This document shows positions 1 to 9,011 of a stretch of 64,000 nt of DNA, piece by piece. The DNA comes from an uncultured Phycisphaerales bacterium (GTDB taxonomy: Bacteria; Planctomycetota; Phycisphaerae; Phycisphaerales; SM1A02): assembly GCA_938084645.1 (NCBI GenBank), contig CALKEP010000012.1, positions 1 to 64,000 of the forward strand, written 5' to 3'. The notes below the pieces were generated by a model. That model made no database searches, had not been told where the DNA came from, and saw only the letters and a list, made by a program, of their open reading frames with translations. Each line of letters begins with the position of its first letter. The stretch's first letter is position 1. The position numbers and the translations under genes were made by a program.

Positions 1-400
1 TGACGGAAGAACCCGCTGGATGCAAGCCGGCCGTTTCCTTGGCTGGCGGCAGACGGCCCGACTCCGTTCACCCGCTTTGCAGGACGGCCACGCGTACATC
101 GCCCCGGCTTCACGCCGGGGGTGGCTTCACGCGGGGCGAGCAGAATCGCCAAGTCGTTTTCGGAAATGACGTTGCGCCTTGCCGTGGCCTGGGGCAACCC
201 GCCGCGGGGGCTGCTTCCGTAAGACAGGCCTGGCACGACGACCACCGCCGGCTCCCGCCAAATCGAGAATCAGGCACACAACTGGTCCGGATCAAACCTC
301 GTAAACAGTCACTTACCTCGGGCCGCTGCACTAGTCTCTCCTCGTCGTCTCGATCGGTTTGCGGACGGCCACCAATATCCCGAAAGGAAGAGAGATTTCA

Positions 401-1045
401 ATGAGTGATTCACGCCTCAAGATGTATGCACGAACCGCCAGCGGCGCCGCCGCACTCGCCGCCGCGGGCGCCGCCAACGCCGGCATCATCACGAGCACCG
501 GACCGACGACGGTCACCAAGGATGCAGGTTCTATGACCTTGTTCGCCTTCGGTAGTATCGGCGTCAGGGTATCTAACCTTCAAAATGGCGCCTGGTCGAC
601 CAACGGCTTAGCCGGGGTCGCCCTCGGCAGTTCTCAAGGTAATAACGGCTTCCAGGCCATGGGCATCGCCTCCGGAGCCACCATCGACAGCGGGCTCACC
701 GGAACCCCAGTGTCGTTCGGGAAAAACAAGGTGTATTTCTCAGCAAGCGTTACCACGTGGTCGACCTCTATGGGTCTTACGCTCGGCACCGACAACCTTC
801 TCGCCCTCAACCTTAGCAGCGGTTCCCAGACCTACTACGGCTGGATCAACTACTCGCTCAGCAAGTTCCAAGGCGAGTACACGTACACGATCAACAGCTG
901 GGCCTACAACGACGTTGCGGGCCAGGGCATCATCGCGGGCCAGAACACCGCCGCGGGCAGCGCTGTCGTACCGGGACTCAGCGGCCTCGCCGCCCTCGCG
1001 ATCGGCGCCGCGGGCGTCCGCACCCGACGACAGCGGATCGCCTGA
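401..1045 (+). CDS. Secreted protein with PEP-CTERM-like (VPG-type) C-terminal sorting signal
   Basis: ATG at 401 after purine-rich AAAGGAAGAGAG; Ala-rich signal peptide (AAALAAAGAANA); YYGWI and WAYN..G..I.AG motifs; C-terminus VVPGLSGLAALAIGAAGVRTRRQRIA (VP + hydrophobic helix + Arg cluster). Confidence 0.8.
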   Translation: MSDSRLKMYARTASGAAALAAAGAANAGIITSTGPTTVTKDAGSMTLFAFGSIGVRVSNLQNGAWSTNGLAGVALGSSQGNNGFQAMGIASGATIDSGLTGTPVSFGKNKVYFSASVTTWSTSMGLTLGTDNLLALNLSSGSQTYYGWINYSLSKFQGEYTYTINSWAYNDVAGQGIIAGQNTAAGSAVVPGLSGLAALAIGAAGVRTRRQRIA

Positions 1046-1093
1046 GACTGCTGAACTGAACGCGTCCGACTTCGACACCACACGAAACCCACC

Positions 1094-1130
1094 AGCCTGC
1101 CCCGACCTCGCGTCGGGGCAGGCTTTCGTT
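1094..1130 (+). terminator. Intrinsic terminator, possibly bidirectional
   Basis: AGCCTGCCCCGAC-ctcgc-GTCGGGGCAGGCT 13-bp stem followed by TTCGTT, between convergent genes. Confidence 0.75.
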
Positions 1131-1158
1131 CGTGGTTCGCGGATTTTCGGCGGGCCGC

Positions 1159-2031
1159 CTAGCGGGATGCCTCACGCTCCAGGGTGCAGAGGATCGGATA
1201 GTGGTCCGAGTAGAGCCCCACGCGGGCGTCGTCGACATCCACTCGGGCCGACCGACACCCGCTCGCCAGATCCGGACTGGCGAACACGAAGTCGATCCGC
1301 CGCCGCCGCGCCTCCACCTCCGACATCGTTTCGGCCCAACGTGGAATCAATGCCGGGGAACCGAAGGTGTAGAGGTCGTCCGGACGGTGCTCGCTCACGA
1401 GCTCCACGAACCCTCGCTCCAGGAAGGCGTCCGTGATCCGGTAGTCGAAGACCATCTCCCCATCCTTCTCCTCGCCGAATCCGTGCTCGAGCAGATACGG
1501 TTCGTCGAAGCGGATCTTCCCGTTGAAGTCACCGAGCACCAGTACCGGGCGTCCCGCCTTCACGACGGCGTCCGCCAGCTCGGCGATGATCGCCGCCTCC
1601 GTCGGCTTCGTCGGCCAGAAGTGCACCACGAACACGTCGATGCCATGCGTCCGCGCGTGAAGGAACCCATGGTGGAACCCTTCCACCCGACGTTCCAGCA
1701 CCTCGATCGGCGCCGAGCTCGTCAGCGCCACCGGGTATCCCCGCTCCTTGTGCATCACGGCGTGCTCGTGGCCCCACGCAAGGGCGATCTCCGCCAATCC
1801 CGCCTCGTCGCAGTGCAGGACCTCCTGCAGGGCCACGAGATCAGGACCTTCCTCGTCGATCCACGTCGTCGCCTCCTCCAGCTTCGCCCGATGGTCGAAG
1901 AAGTGGTAGGTGTTCCAGTTGATGACGTCGAGGGTCTCGGCCGGCGGCCCTTGACACGCCTGCGCCAGGAGCACGAAGGCGACGAGCATCATCGATCGGC
2001 CACCCGCACGCGGTCCGGGGAGTCCATCCAT
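1159..2031 (-). CDS. Endonuclease/exonuclease/phosphatase (EEP) family protein, probably exported
   Basis: Motifs NWN, DLVALQEV, LGDFNG, RIDFVF, SDHYPI; hydrophobic N-terminus ending in Cys (LLAQAC); start may be ~1992. Confidence 0.85.
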   Translation of the reverse strand: MDGLPGPRAGGRSMMLVAFVLLAQACQGPPAETLDVINWNTYHFFDHRAKLEEATTWIDEEGPDLVALQEVLHCDEAGLAEIALAWGHEHAVMHKERGYPVALTSSAPIEVLERRVEGFHHGFLHARTHGIDVFVVHFWPTKPTEAAIIAELADAVVKAGRPVLVLGDFNGKIRFDEPYLLEHGFGEEKDGEMVFDYRITDAFLERGFVELVSEHRPDDLYTFGSPALIPRWAETMSEVEARRRRIDFVFASPDLASGCRSARVDVDDARVGLYSDHYPILCTLEREASR

Positions 2032-2307
2032 GACACCAGTCTAGAGGGTGATCGCGACGACACCGGGTCCATCGGCGAGCACCTCACGCGGCATTCGGAA
2101 AGGGAGACGAGCGCTCCAGGTCGAATCCCCTTGGCTGGAACCCGTGTTCCCACCCCATGACGGAGCAGAGCCTCCTCCTCCCGATCAGGGACCGACCAGG
2201 TGTCACAGATCTGGAGGCCGGCTCTATATTGGGTAACAGGCCGGCAGGCGGGCCTCCAAGCGTGCTTCCGTACGCCCCGCGTCCGGTGTTTCCAGGGGAA
2301 CCACATC

Positions 2308-4209
2308 ATGTCTTCACGTCATCAGGCGGCTTCGGCCGCCCTCGCCGTCGTCACGTCCGCCACGATCGCGACCGCCGATCTTCATCACGACCAGGTCGAT
2401 CAGACCGCCTGGCGTTGGTACACGAACGCGACGCTCACCACGATCGAGGACGCCCTCGACGACGGCTATCGAATCGTCGATGTCGAAATCGAGTCGGATT
2501 CGCCGCTTCGGTTCAATGCATCCCTCGTGGCGAACAGCGGAGACTACGCCTCGGGTTGGTGGTGGTACTACGGTCTGACGGCCGCCCAGATCGACAGCCG
2601 GCTGGCTGACAACGAGGCACGACTGCTCGACATCGAACCCTACACCACCGCCTCAGGGGTTCGCTACGCCGCGGTCATGGTGCCCGACTCGGGCGAGCAA
2701 TCGGTCGCCGCCACGGACTGGGAGACCGGCTACACCTTCGCCCAGGTGACGAGCTGGGTCGCGGCCAACCCGAACCGCCGCATTCACGACATCGAACCAT
2801 ACGAGGTCGGACCGGGAGTCCGCTACGCATTCACGTGGATCTCGAACACCGGCGGGGACACCAGTTCCTGGTGGTACTACCTCAACACATCAAGAGATTT
2901 CATCGTCGAGCGTCTCGCCGACAACGGCGCACGCCTCGTCGACCTCGAGCGTCACGCCGACGGCAACTGGTCGGCGGTGATGGTTCCGACCGACGGGAAC
3001 GCCTGGTACTGGTTCACCGGGGTCGACCCCTCCGATGCCGGGGACCTCGCGGTGCAGTATGCGGGACGAATCGTGGACATCGAGCGATACGGCACGGGCG
3101 GCGGCGACCGGATCGCGATGGTGGTCCGGCGAAACGCCAATGATCTCACGGTGGACACCAACATCGATCTTCGGGCCGATCTCCCCATCGCGACCGACAG
3201 CGGCCTCCTCCTCGGCCGACTGGGCGGCGCGACGCGGGCATCCGTCAGGTCCACCGACACCTTCGAGCCGGCCAGCCTGCTGAAGACCTTCCATCACTTC
3301 CACGCGATGCGCCAGGTGGCCCTCGGCAACGACTCGCTCGGAAACGCCGTGATCTTCCCGGATGGAGGGGACACGGTCTGCCCGTCGCCGGATGATCCGC
3401 TCAACGCACAGCTTCTTCAGGAGACGCTTCGCAAGATGATGGAGGACTCCAGCAATCCAGCGACCGAAGCGATCCGGCAGCGGTACGGATCCGCGGCGAT
3501 CGAGGCGACCGCCTCGGGAATCGGGGCGACCGAGACCGCGCTGGAGCACGTGATCGGATGCTTCTGCAACTCGACGCGGAACCAGACGACCCTCGCGGAT
3601 CTGCGGACCCTGCACGACGCGGCGGTGTCCGGACTGCTCGGAGGATTCGTCTCCCAGTTTCACAGTCTGATGCTCCAGAACTACGCGGACTTCCCCGCAA
3701 TCGTCCAGGGCGAACTCGCGACCAGCAGCCTCTCCATCGCCGAAAGAGACCAGTTCGAGGCCCTCGCCTATGCGGCAGGAAAGGGAGGCAGCTACACCTG
3801 CAACGATGCCCTCAATGAGGGGGTGTTCCGGTCGAGAGGCGCCTATTTCCGAGTGCCCTTCAAGGAGGGTTGCGACATCGTCGACCGTGAGTACTTCGCC
3901 GGGGCGTGGATCAACGACGCGCCCTCCGACTCGGGAGGCGTCGCATCGGACAACTGCGATGCGGCGATGGAATCACTGTTCGCGGATCGCATTCGTGCGG
4001 CCATCCGGAGCTGGGAGACCGCCGACTGCATTCCATGCCCCGGCGACTTCAACGGGGACGGTGTCGTGGATGGCGCAGACATCGGCATCCTGCTTGCCGA
4101 GTGGGGCTCCTGCGCCAAGGGATGCATCGCGGACGTCGACGGCGATGGCGATGTGGATGGGGCCGATCTCGGCCGGTTCCTTGCGCTGTGGGGCCCGTGT
4201 CCCCGTTGA
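2308..4209 (+). CDS. Secreted protein: N-terminal polyglycine-hydrolase-like (BTRD1-like) repeats, class A beta-lactamase-like serine hydrolase, C-terminal dockerin-like pair
   Basis: Repeats of W-W-Y-Y...R-L/I-x-D-I-E-x-Y...R-Y-A-A-V; SxxK (PASLLK), SSN and KGG motifs; CPGDFNGDGVVDGADIGILLAEWG and a second similar repeat; ATG at 2308 gives a signal peptide. Confidence 0.7.
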   Translation: MSSRHQAASAALAVVTSATIATADLHHDQVDQTAWRWYTNATLTTIEDALDDGYRIVDVEIESDSPLRFNASLVANSGDYASGWWWYYGLTAAQIDSRLADNEARLLDIEPYTTASGVRYAAVMVPDSGEQSVAATDWETGYTFAQVTSWVAANPNRRIHDIEPYEVGPGVRYAFTWISNTGGDTSSWWYYLNTSRDFIVERLADNGARLVDLERHADGNWSAVMVPTDGNAWYWFTGVDPSDAGDLAVQYAGRIVDIERYGTGGGDRIAMVVRRNANDLTVDTNIDLRADLPIATDSGLLLGRLGGATRASVRSTDTFEPASLLKTFHHFHAMRQVALGNDSLGNAVIFPDGGDTVCPSPDDPLNAQLLQETLRKMMEDSSNPATEAIRQRYGSAAIEATASGIGATETALEHVIGCFCNSTRNQTTLADLRTLHDAAVSGLLGGFVSQFHSLMLQNYADFPAIVQGELATSSLSIAERDQFEALAYAAGKGGSYTCNDALNEGVFRSRGAYFRVPFKEGCDIVDREYFAGAWINDAPSDSGGVASDNCDAAMESLFADRIRAAIRSWETADCIPCPGDFNGDGVVDGADIGILLAEWGSCAKGCIADVDGDGDVDGADLGRFLALWGPCPR

Positions 4210-4240
4210 CGATCGCGGCCGGCGTCGGAATTCACCGAAC

Positions 4241-4275
4241 GAGGGCCCCGAGTCGACACTCGGGGCCCTCTTCTT
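4241..4275 (+). terminator. Intrinsic terminator
   Basis: GAGGGCCCCGAGT-cgac-ACTCGGGGCCCTC stem followed by TTCTT, downstream of the 2308-4209 gene. Confidence 0.75.
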
Positions 4276-4415
4276 CGGAGATGATCGCCACGACACCGAG
4301 ATGCTTCCGAGCGGCTTCGCGACACCCATCGACTCCACCCGAGCGTGGTCTCGACACCTTCTGTAGCAGGCCGACGAACTGTTACGATCCCCGCGGAGCC
4401 GATACGCCTCCACCG

Positions 4416-5831
4416 ATGGATCGGAGTCGACGATTGCGCGAGCGTGGCACGATATCCAGCGCGGATCCCGTTTCGCCCCCGACGGAGCGCATGCTCGGCC
4501 TCAGCGATGCCCTCTTCGGAATCGCGATCACCTTCCTCGCCCTGGACTTCGGCACGGAACCCCCCACGACGGCCGACGACGTGGGCGGCTACCTGCAGGC
4601 GAATCTCTCGAAGTACCTCGCCTACGCCTTCACCTTCATGCTGGTCGGATTCCAGTGGTGGCGACACCACAAGGTCTTTCGCTACGTCAAGAGACGAACC
4701 GACTCGCTGCTCCTGCTCAACAGCCTGCTGCTCGCCTTCGTCGCCCTCGTCCCCTTCGGCATGCAGGTCCTCGGCCGCAACGGCGGTTCCCCCGTCTCGC
4801 TCGTGCTCTTCGCGGGGCTGATGGCCTGCATCGGCGGCCTTCTCTCGATCCTCTGGGAGTACTCGGTCCGAAGGAACCTGACCATCCCCGACCTTGACCC
4901 TGCGGTCATCAAGCACGTTCGAGTGCAGCTTCTGATCATGCCCGCGGCGTTCGTCGTGGTGATGACCGGCGCCTTTCTCATCGACTTTCCGAAGGGCCCG
5001 TTCGGTGGGTTCGCCTTCCTCCTCCTGACCGTGGTGATCGGGATGATCGCGACCGGATTCTTCGGACGAGCGTCGTCGTCGCCGACGGTGGTGGAGCGGA
5101 CCGGCAGCCTGCAGACCTCGGAACCGGCCGGTGCCGGCGCGAGGCTGCTGGAGCGGATCCGCGACGGCTCCCGAAGCGAACGCCTGACGGTCTTCACCGA
5201 CGGGATATTCGCGGTCGCGCTCACCATCATGGCGTTGCGCCTGACGCCTCCACAACGACCACTGACGACCGGTGCGGACCTGCTCGCGATGCTCTCGGAG
5301 AACTCGCCTGCGCTGGTGGCGTACTTCATCAGCTTCTACGTCATCACCCAGCAGTGGATACGACACGTCCAGCTCTTCGAACGGAGGATCCTGATCGACA
5401 CCAGGATCCTCTGGCTCAACCTGATCCTCCTGATGCTGGTCGCGTTCATGCCCTTCGCCACCGAACTCATCGCCCAGCCGGGCGGAAGGACGGCCGTTCT
5501 CCTCTACCTTGCGCTCCTCGCCGCCGCGACCGCCACCGAAATGGTGCTGGGGATCGGCGTGCGGCGTCAGGATCGACTGATGGACATTCCCGTCGACCCG
5601 GGCCGGATCAGACGACGGCGGACGGAGTCATGCGGGATCATGACGATCCTCGCGATCGCCATCGTGCTGGCCGCCACGATGCCTTCACCCGAAGTCGGCC
5701 TGTACGCGCTGATCCTGTTCACGATCCTCGACCCGATCTGCCAGCGAATCGCGCCGGTTCCTCCAGACCGCGACGACGCGGCCGAAGCGAGGACGCCTCC
5801 GGGCCGGCACGAAGAGCCGCGATCCATGTGA
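4416..5831 (+). CDS. TMEM175 (DUF1211) family ion channel with two tandem repeats
   Basis: Two TM1 signatures: ERMLGLSDALFGIAITFLALD and ERLTVFTDGIFAVALTIMALR, each followed by W-x-R-H..F and LN.L.L..VA..PF; about 12 hydrophobic segments; ATG at 4416 in frame with the 3906 ORF. Confidence 0.85.
   Translation: MDRSRRLRERGTISSADPVSPPTERMLGLSDALFGIAITFLALDFGTEPPTTADDVGGYLQANLSKYLAYAFTFMLVGFQWWRHHKVFRYVKRRTDSLLLLNSLLLAFVALVPFGMQVLGRNGGSPVSLVLFAGLMACIGGLLSILWEYSVRRNLTIPDLDPAVIKHVRVQLLIMPAAFVVVMTGAFLIDFPKGPFGGFAFLLLTVVIGMIATGFFGRASSSPTVVERTGSLQTSEPAGAGARLLERIRDGSRSERLTVFTDGIFAVALTIMALRLTPPQRPLTTGADLLAMLSENSPALVAYFISFYVITQQWIRHVQLFERRILIDTRILWLNLILLMLVAFMPFATELIAQPGGRTAVLLYLALLAAATATEMVLGIGVRRQDRLMDIPVDPGRIRRRRTESCGIMTILAIAIVLAATMPSPEVGLYALILFTILDPICQRIAPVPPDRDDAAEARTPPGRHEEPRSM
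5717..5801 (+). repeat. 85-bp direct repeat, copy 1 (3' end of TMEM175 gene)
   Basis: GTTCACGATCCTCGACCCGATCTG...GAAGCGAGGACGCCTCCG is identical to 8880-8964. Confidence 0.95.
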
Positions 5832-6003
5832 CGCAGAGCGCCGCAGCCTTGATGAATGCAGCGTTGGAGGATTTTCGGCTAGACGCTCACCTCAGGCAGC
5901 ATTCGCACGCGTGCCATGACCCCAGCAGTAGCCCGAGCCTCGTACCACTCACGACTTCATCACCAGTGAAGTGTGCAGCGCAAATGCCGGCGTGTGTCCA
6001 CTG

Positions 6004-6804
6004 CTACGGAATGAAAAGGCTCAAGATCCCCGACTGCCCACTCGCTCGCGCCTGTATCTCAGCATAGTCCGCCTGCCATTCCTCGACCCGCGCCAAAATC
6101 AAAGCGGAATCAGCATTCTCGGGTAGCGGTTGGAGCGTCAACTTGAAATCGTCGAACATCACATACGCTTGTGCTGTCAGTTTCGCTCCGACCGGAAGGT
6201 TTGCGATGAATGCCTGAACCCGAATGCGTGTGTTGAAATTTAGGGTGAAGAACTCCATTCCTTCATCCGTCACTGTCTCCTTCTGGGCGATTCGATCGAA
6301 CTTGGTGATTTTCCAAGATATAAAACACGTCCCGGAGATCCCTTGCACCCGATCGAGGTTGACCATCCCGTTGCCGTAGTCGTACCAGCCACGACTCGAA
6401 CTGCCCACGAGGGCTCCGAAGCCAACACCAATTGCCACCAGCGCGACTACCGCCGCAAGACGTGCCATCATTCTGCCCAGCCACGCCCCCATCTTGGATC
6501 CAGAATCGCCGACTGGAGAATCCCGAAGCACCTCCGCCGGCGCTGAGGCCGGATCCGAGCCAGGCGAATGGCGATTTCCGATCAAGCTCTCATCCATCCC
6601 ATCGGACTCAATGGAACCCTCGCCTCTTTGGCCAGCGAACTCAAGGTTAGCGGCATCACTCGCAACGACCCATCTCTCGCTTCCCGACTCCCGAATGAGA
6701 TCCGTCGGGAGGATCTTTCCAGACAATGCGAGTGACTTCACCTGCGCGCCATTGAATTCACCAATCAGAACCCCGTCGCGTTTCACCATGAATGCCTTAG
6801 CCAT
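6004..6804 (-). CDS. GYF_2 (DUF4339)-like domain membrane protein
   Basis: N-terminal GEF...VKSLALSGKILPTDLIRESGSERWVVA matches the GYF_2 pattern; low-complexity linker, one TM helix, unknown C-terminal domain; alternative GTG start at 6813. Confidence 0.65.
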   Translation of the reverse strand: MAKAFMVKRDGVLIGEFNGAQVKSLALSGKILPTDLIRESGSERWVVASDAANLEFAGQRGEGSIESDGMDESLIGNRHSPGSDPASAPAEVLRDSPVGDSGSKMGAWLGRMMARLAAVVALVAIGVGFGALVGSSSRGWYDYGNGMVNLDRVQGISGTCFISWKITKFDRIAQKETVTDEGMEFFTLNFNTRIRVQAFIANLPVGAKLTAQAYVMFDDFKLTLQPLPENADSALILARVEEWQADYAEIQARASGQSGILSLFIP

Positions 6805-7063
6805 TTTGTTCACCTTTTTTCTTGGATGCTTCGCGAAACAGAGGAGGGAGTACCGCGCGCAGGACGACAGATTTCATCGAATGGTCACCACAGGGCGCAG
6901 TGATCTTATTGGAGTTTGGAATTGCCTTCACACCAGGGACGGCACAACGCCATGTCGCGAAAGCGATTGAATTGGCAGGATCCGCGGAAGAAATGGGATC
7001 TCATTCCGCCATTCACCGTCACCTTCCCCGCTGATGGCGTACTCAAGCGGTATTCGGCGGAGC

Positions 7064-7097
7064 GCAGCCGCGTTCTTCAAGCAGCCGCGTTCTTCAA
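7064..7097 (+). repeat. 17-bp tandem duplication
   Basis: GCAGCCGCGTTCTTCAA twice, head to tail. Confidence 0.95.
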
Positions 7098-7145
7098 ACA
7101 GTACCTTTCGCAGAAACCACGCCAACGATCAAGGACCAGTGAACA

Positions 7146-8765
7146 ATGCTCGACATTCAAAAAGCGGCGGCCACTTTGCTGCTCATTTCCACATCGGGGT
7201 GCGATCGGACGGAGGTCAGCGAGGTCCCAAATCACCTTTCGCTGCACGCCCTTTGCCGCTCTGGAGACGCAGACCCTTCCAGTATCTGGTCCTTCATCGA
7301 GATCGGCGCTGACCCCAACACTGCACACGCAACCGACATTCCCGAGTTTCGGGCAATTGGCGATCAGGCACCGCCGCACGCGCGCGACCTCTTTCCCGAC
7401 CGCCAGATCGTTACCGCACTCCACCTTCTGGCAATCGAGGGTACGGCTGAATCAGTCGATGCACTGATTCGCGCAGGTGCTGCGGTCGATGCCGTCACGG
7501 ATCATGGTTTCACACCCCTTCACTTCGCCGCGTTCCACAATCCAGACCCTCGCGTGATAACGGCGCTTCTGAACTCGGGCGCACGCATGGCGGCGTCCTC
7601 AGTCCATGGGATCGACTGCAGGCAAGCCTTAGCCATCGCAAACCCGGCCCCAGAATCGACGATGCCCGCTTTGACCAACCACCCTCGATTCGAGGTTGGA
7701 AATTCTCAGCCACCTTTACTCCATCTGGCGGTCAGGTTTAATCGGCCAACCGCGATACCCCTCTTCATCGAGCGGGCCGGCAACCTTGACCGCAGAGATT
7801 CTGAGTTTAAGACCGCGATGCACCACGCCGTACAGAGGCGATCGCCCGATATTCTAAAACTCTTGATTGCCGCCGGCGCAGACGTAGAGCTCACCGACGA
7901 CGAAGGATGGACACCACTTCATCATGCGGCGAGTGTCGATAACAACGCTGACGTACTTTCCATGCTGCTCAATGCCAGCGCATCCGTCGATTCAAGGACC
8001 GCTGACGGAAGAACACCGCTTCATATTGCCGCCTCACAAGGGAGTGGCGCCGCCATAGATCTACTTCTCAAAGCGCTGGCCGATCCGAATGCGAAAGATC
8101 AGGCTGGAAAGTCGCCTCTACATTTCGCGGCAGCGTCAATGAAGTCCACGGGTGAGATTCTCCGCCTCATTGCAGCTGGCGCTGATGTCAATGCGAGCGA
8201 CCTTTCCGGTGGATCCCCGCTCGATTTTGCAACAATCGCAATCGTACAAGAGGTGATCCGGACCAACGGGGGACGGAGCGGTTACCAAGACCTGCAGGAT
8301 CGTGCATCGGCCGAAGCAAGGGCTCGCGCGACGAGAGACGCAAAAAGGGCTGCAGACGAAGCCTCCAGACGCGCCGCTGCTGATAGAAAGAAGCGGGAGA
8401 CGGAACGGATAATTCGCGAAGAACGGATCGCCGCGGAAAAGGCTCTCGCCGCCGAACGAGAACGACTGAACGAGCAACGCCGAATGGATGCGGAGGCAAT
8501 CGCATCCTCGGTCTCGAACCTGGCGATGGTCAAGAACTACGTCATGTCGAACGACTTCGAGCGTGCAGAGGACTACACGGAACGCATTCTCAGAATCACA
8601 CCACGCCTCATCAGCGAGGATTTCCTCTGGGATCTGGCGACGGCCGGGATGCCATGCAAGAGTTGCAGAAAGCGCGTGCTCGAGGAGATCGTCCAGCGAT
8701 TCCCAAATGGGAATCGGACGCGGTTCGCAAGAATGGAGCTCGAGCTTCCAGACGGTCTGTCGTAG
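7146..8765 (+). CDS. Ankyrin-repeat protein, probable lipoprotein, with coiled-coil and helical C-terminal region
   Basis: LLLISTSGC lipobox-like N-terminus; repeated G.TPLH.AA...LL..GADVN units; R/E/A-rich coiled coil; CKSC near the C-terminus. Confidence 0.9.
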   Translation: MLDIQKAAATLLLISTSGCDRTEVSEVPNHLSLHALCRSGDADPSSIWSFIEIGADPNTAHATDIPEFRAIGDQAPPHARDLFPDRQIVTALHLLAIEGTAESVDALIRAGAAVDAVTDHGFTPLHFAAFHNPDPRVITALLNSGARMAASSVHGIDCRQALAIANPAPESTMPALTNHPRFEVGNSQPPLLHLAVRFNRPTAIPLFIERAGNLDRRDSEFKTAMHHAVQRRSPDILKLLIAAGADVELTDDEGWTPLHHAASVDNNADVLSMLLNASASVDSRTADGRTPLHIAASQGSGAAIDLLLKALADPNAKDQAGKSPLHFAAASMKSTGEILRLIAAGADVNASDLSGGSPLDFATIAIVQEVIRTNGGRSGYQDLQDRASAEARARATRDAKRAADEASRRAAADRKKRETERIIREERIAAEKALAAERERLNEQRRMDAEAIASSVSNLAMVKNYVMSNDFERAEDYTERILRITPRLISEDFLWDLATAGMPCKSCRKRVLEEIVQRFPNGNRTRFARMELELPDGLS

Positions 8766-8879
8766 CCCCGACCAGTCGTCACCCGCGTTGACTCGGTGGC
8801 CTCGACGTTCTCGCGCTCAGCGCCTCGGGCCTCCCGCCCCGACAACAGCACGCCGTCGCCTGAGCCTGCAGACCTGCAG

Positions 8880-8964
8880 GTTCACGATCCTCGACCCGAT
8901 CTGCCAGCGAATCGCGCCGGTTCCTCCAGACCGCGACGACGCGGCCGAAGCGAGGACGCCTCCG
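8880..8964 (+). repeat. 85-bp direct repeat, copy 2
   Basis: Identical to 5717-5801. Confidence 0.95.
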
Positions 8965-9011
8965 TCATCTTCGCCCTCGTCGGGATCGTGAGCGAGCTCG
9001 ACCAGCGGCCG

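Larger units (their letters stand above)
5802..8879. mobile_element. Putative ~3.1 kb genomic islet bounded by 85-bp direct repeats; no mobility gene inside
   Basis: Flanking exact repeats, visibly AT-richer sequence and atypical codons relative to the flanks, two accessory genes. Confidence 0.55.

Noticed and set aside
229..246. Sigma-54 promoter (TGGCAC)
   Set aside because: No TTGC -12 element at the required spacing.
3240..4020. Antibiotic-resistance beta-lactamase
   Set aside because: Only SxxK-family motifs in a multidomain secreted protein; no recognisable omega-loop ExxLN motif.
3906..4415. Long N-terminal extensions in the ORF track (also 16136, 17750, 24367, 31852, 37077)
   Set aside because: They overlap upstream genes, terminators or likely promoter regions; downstream starts give sensible signal peptides or ribosome-binding sites.
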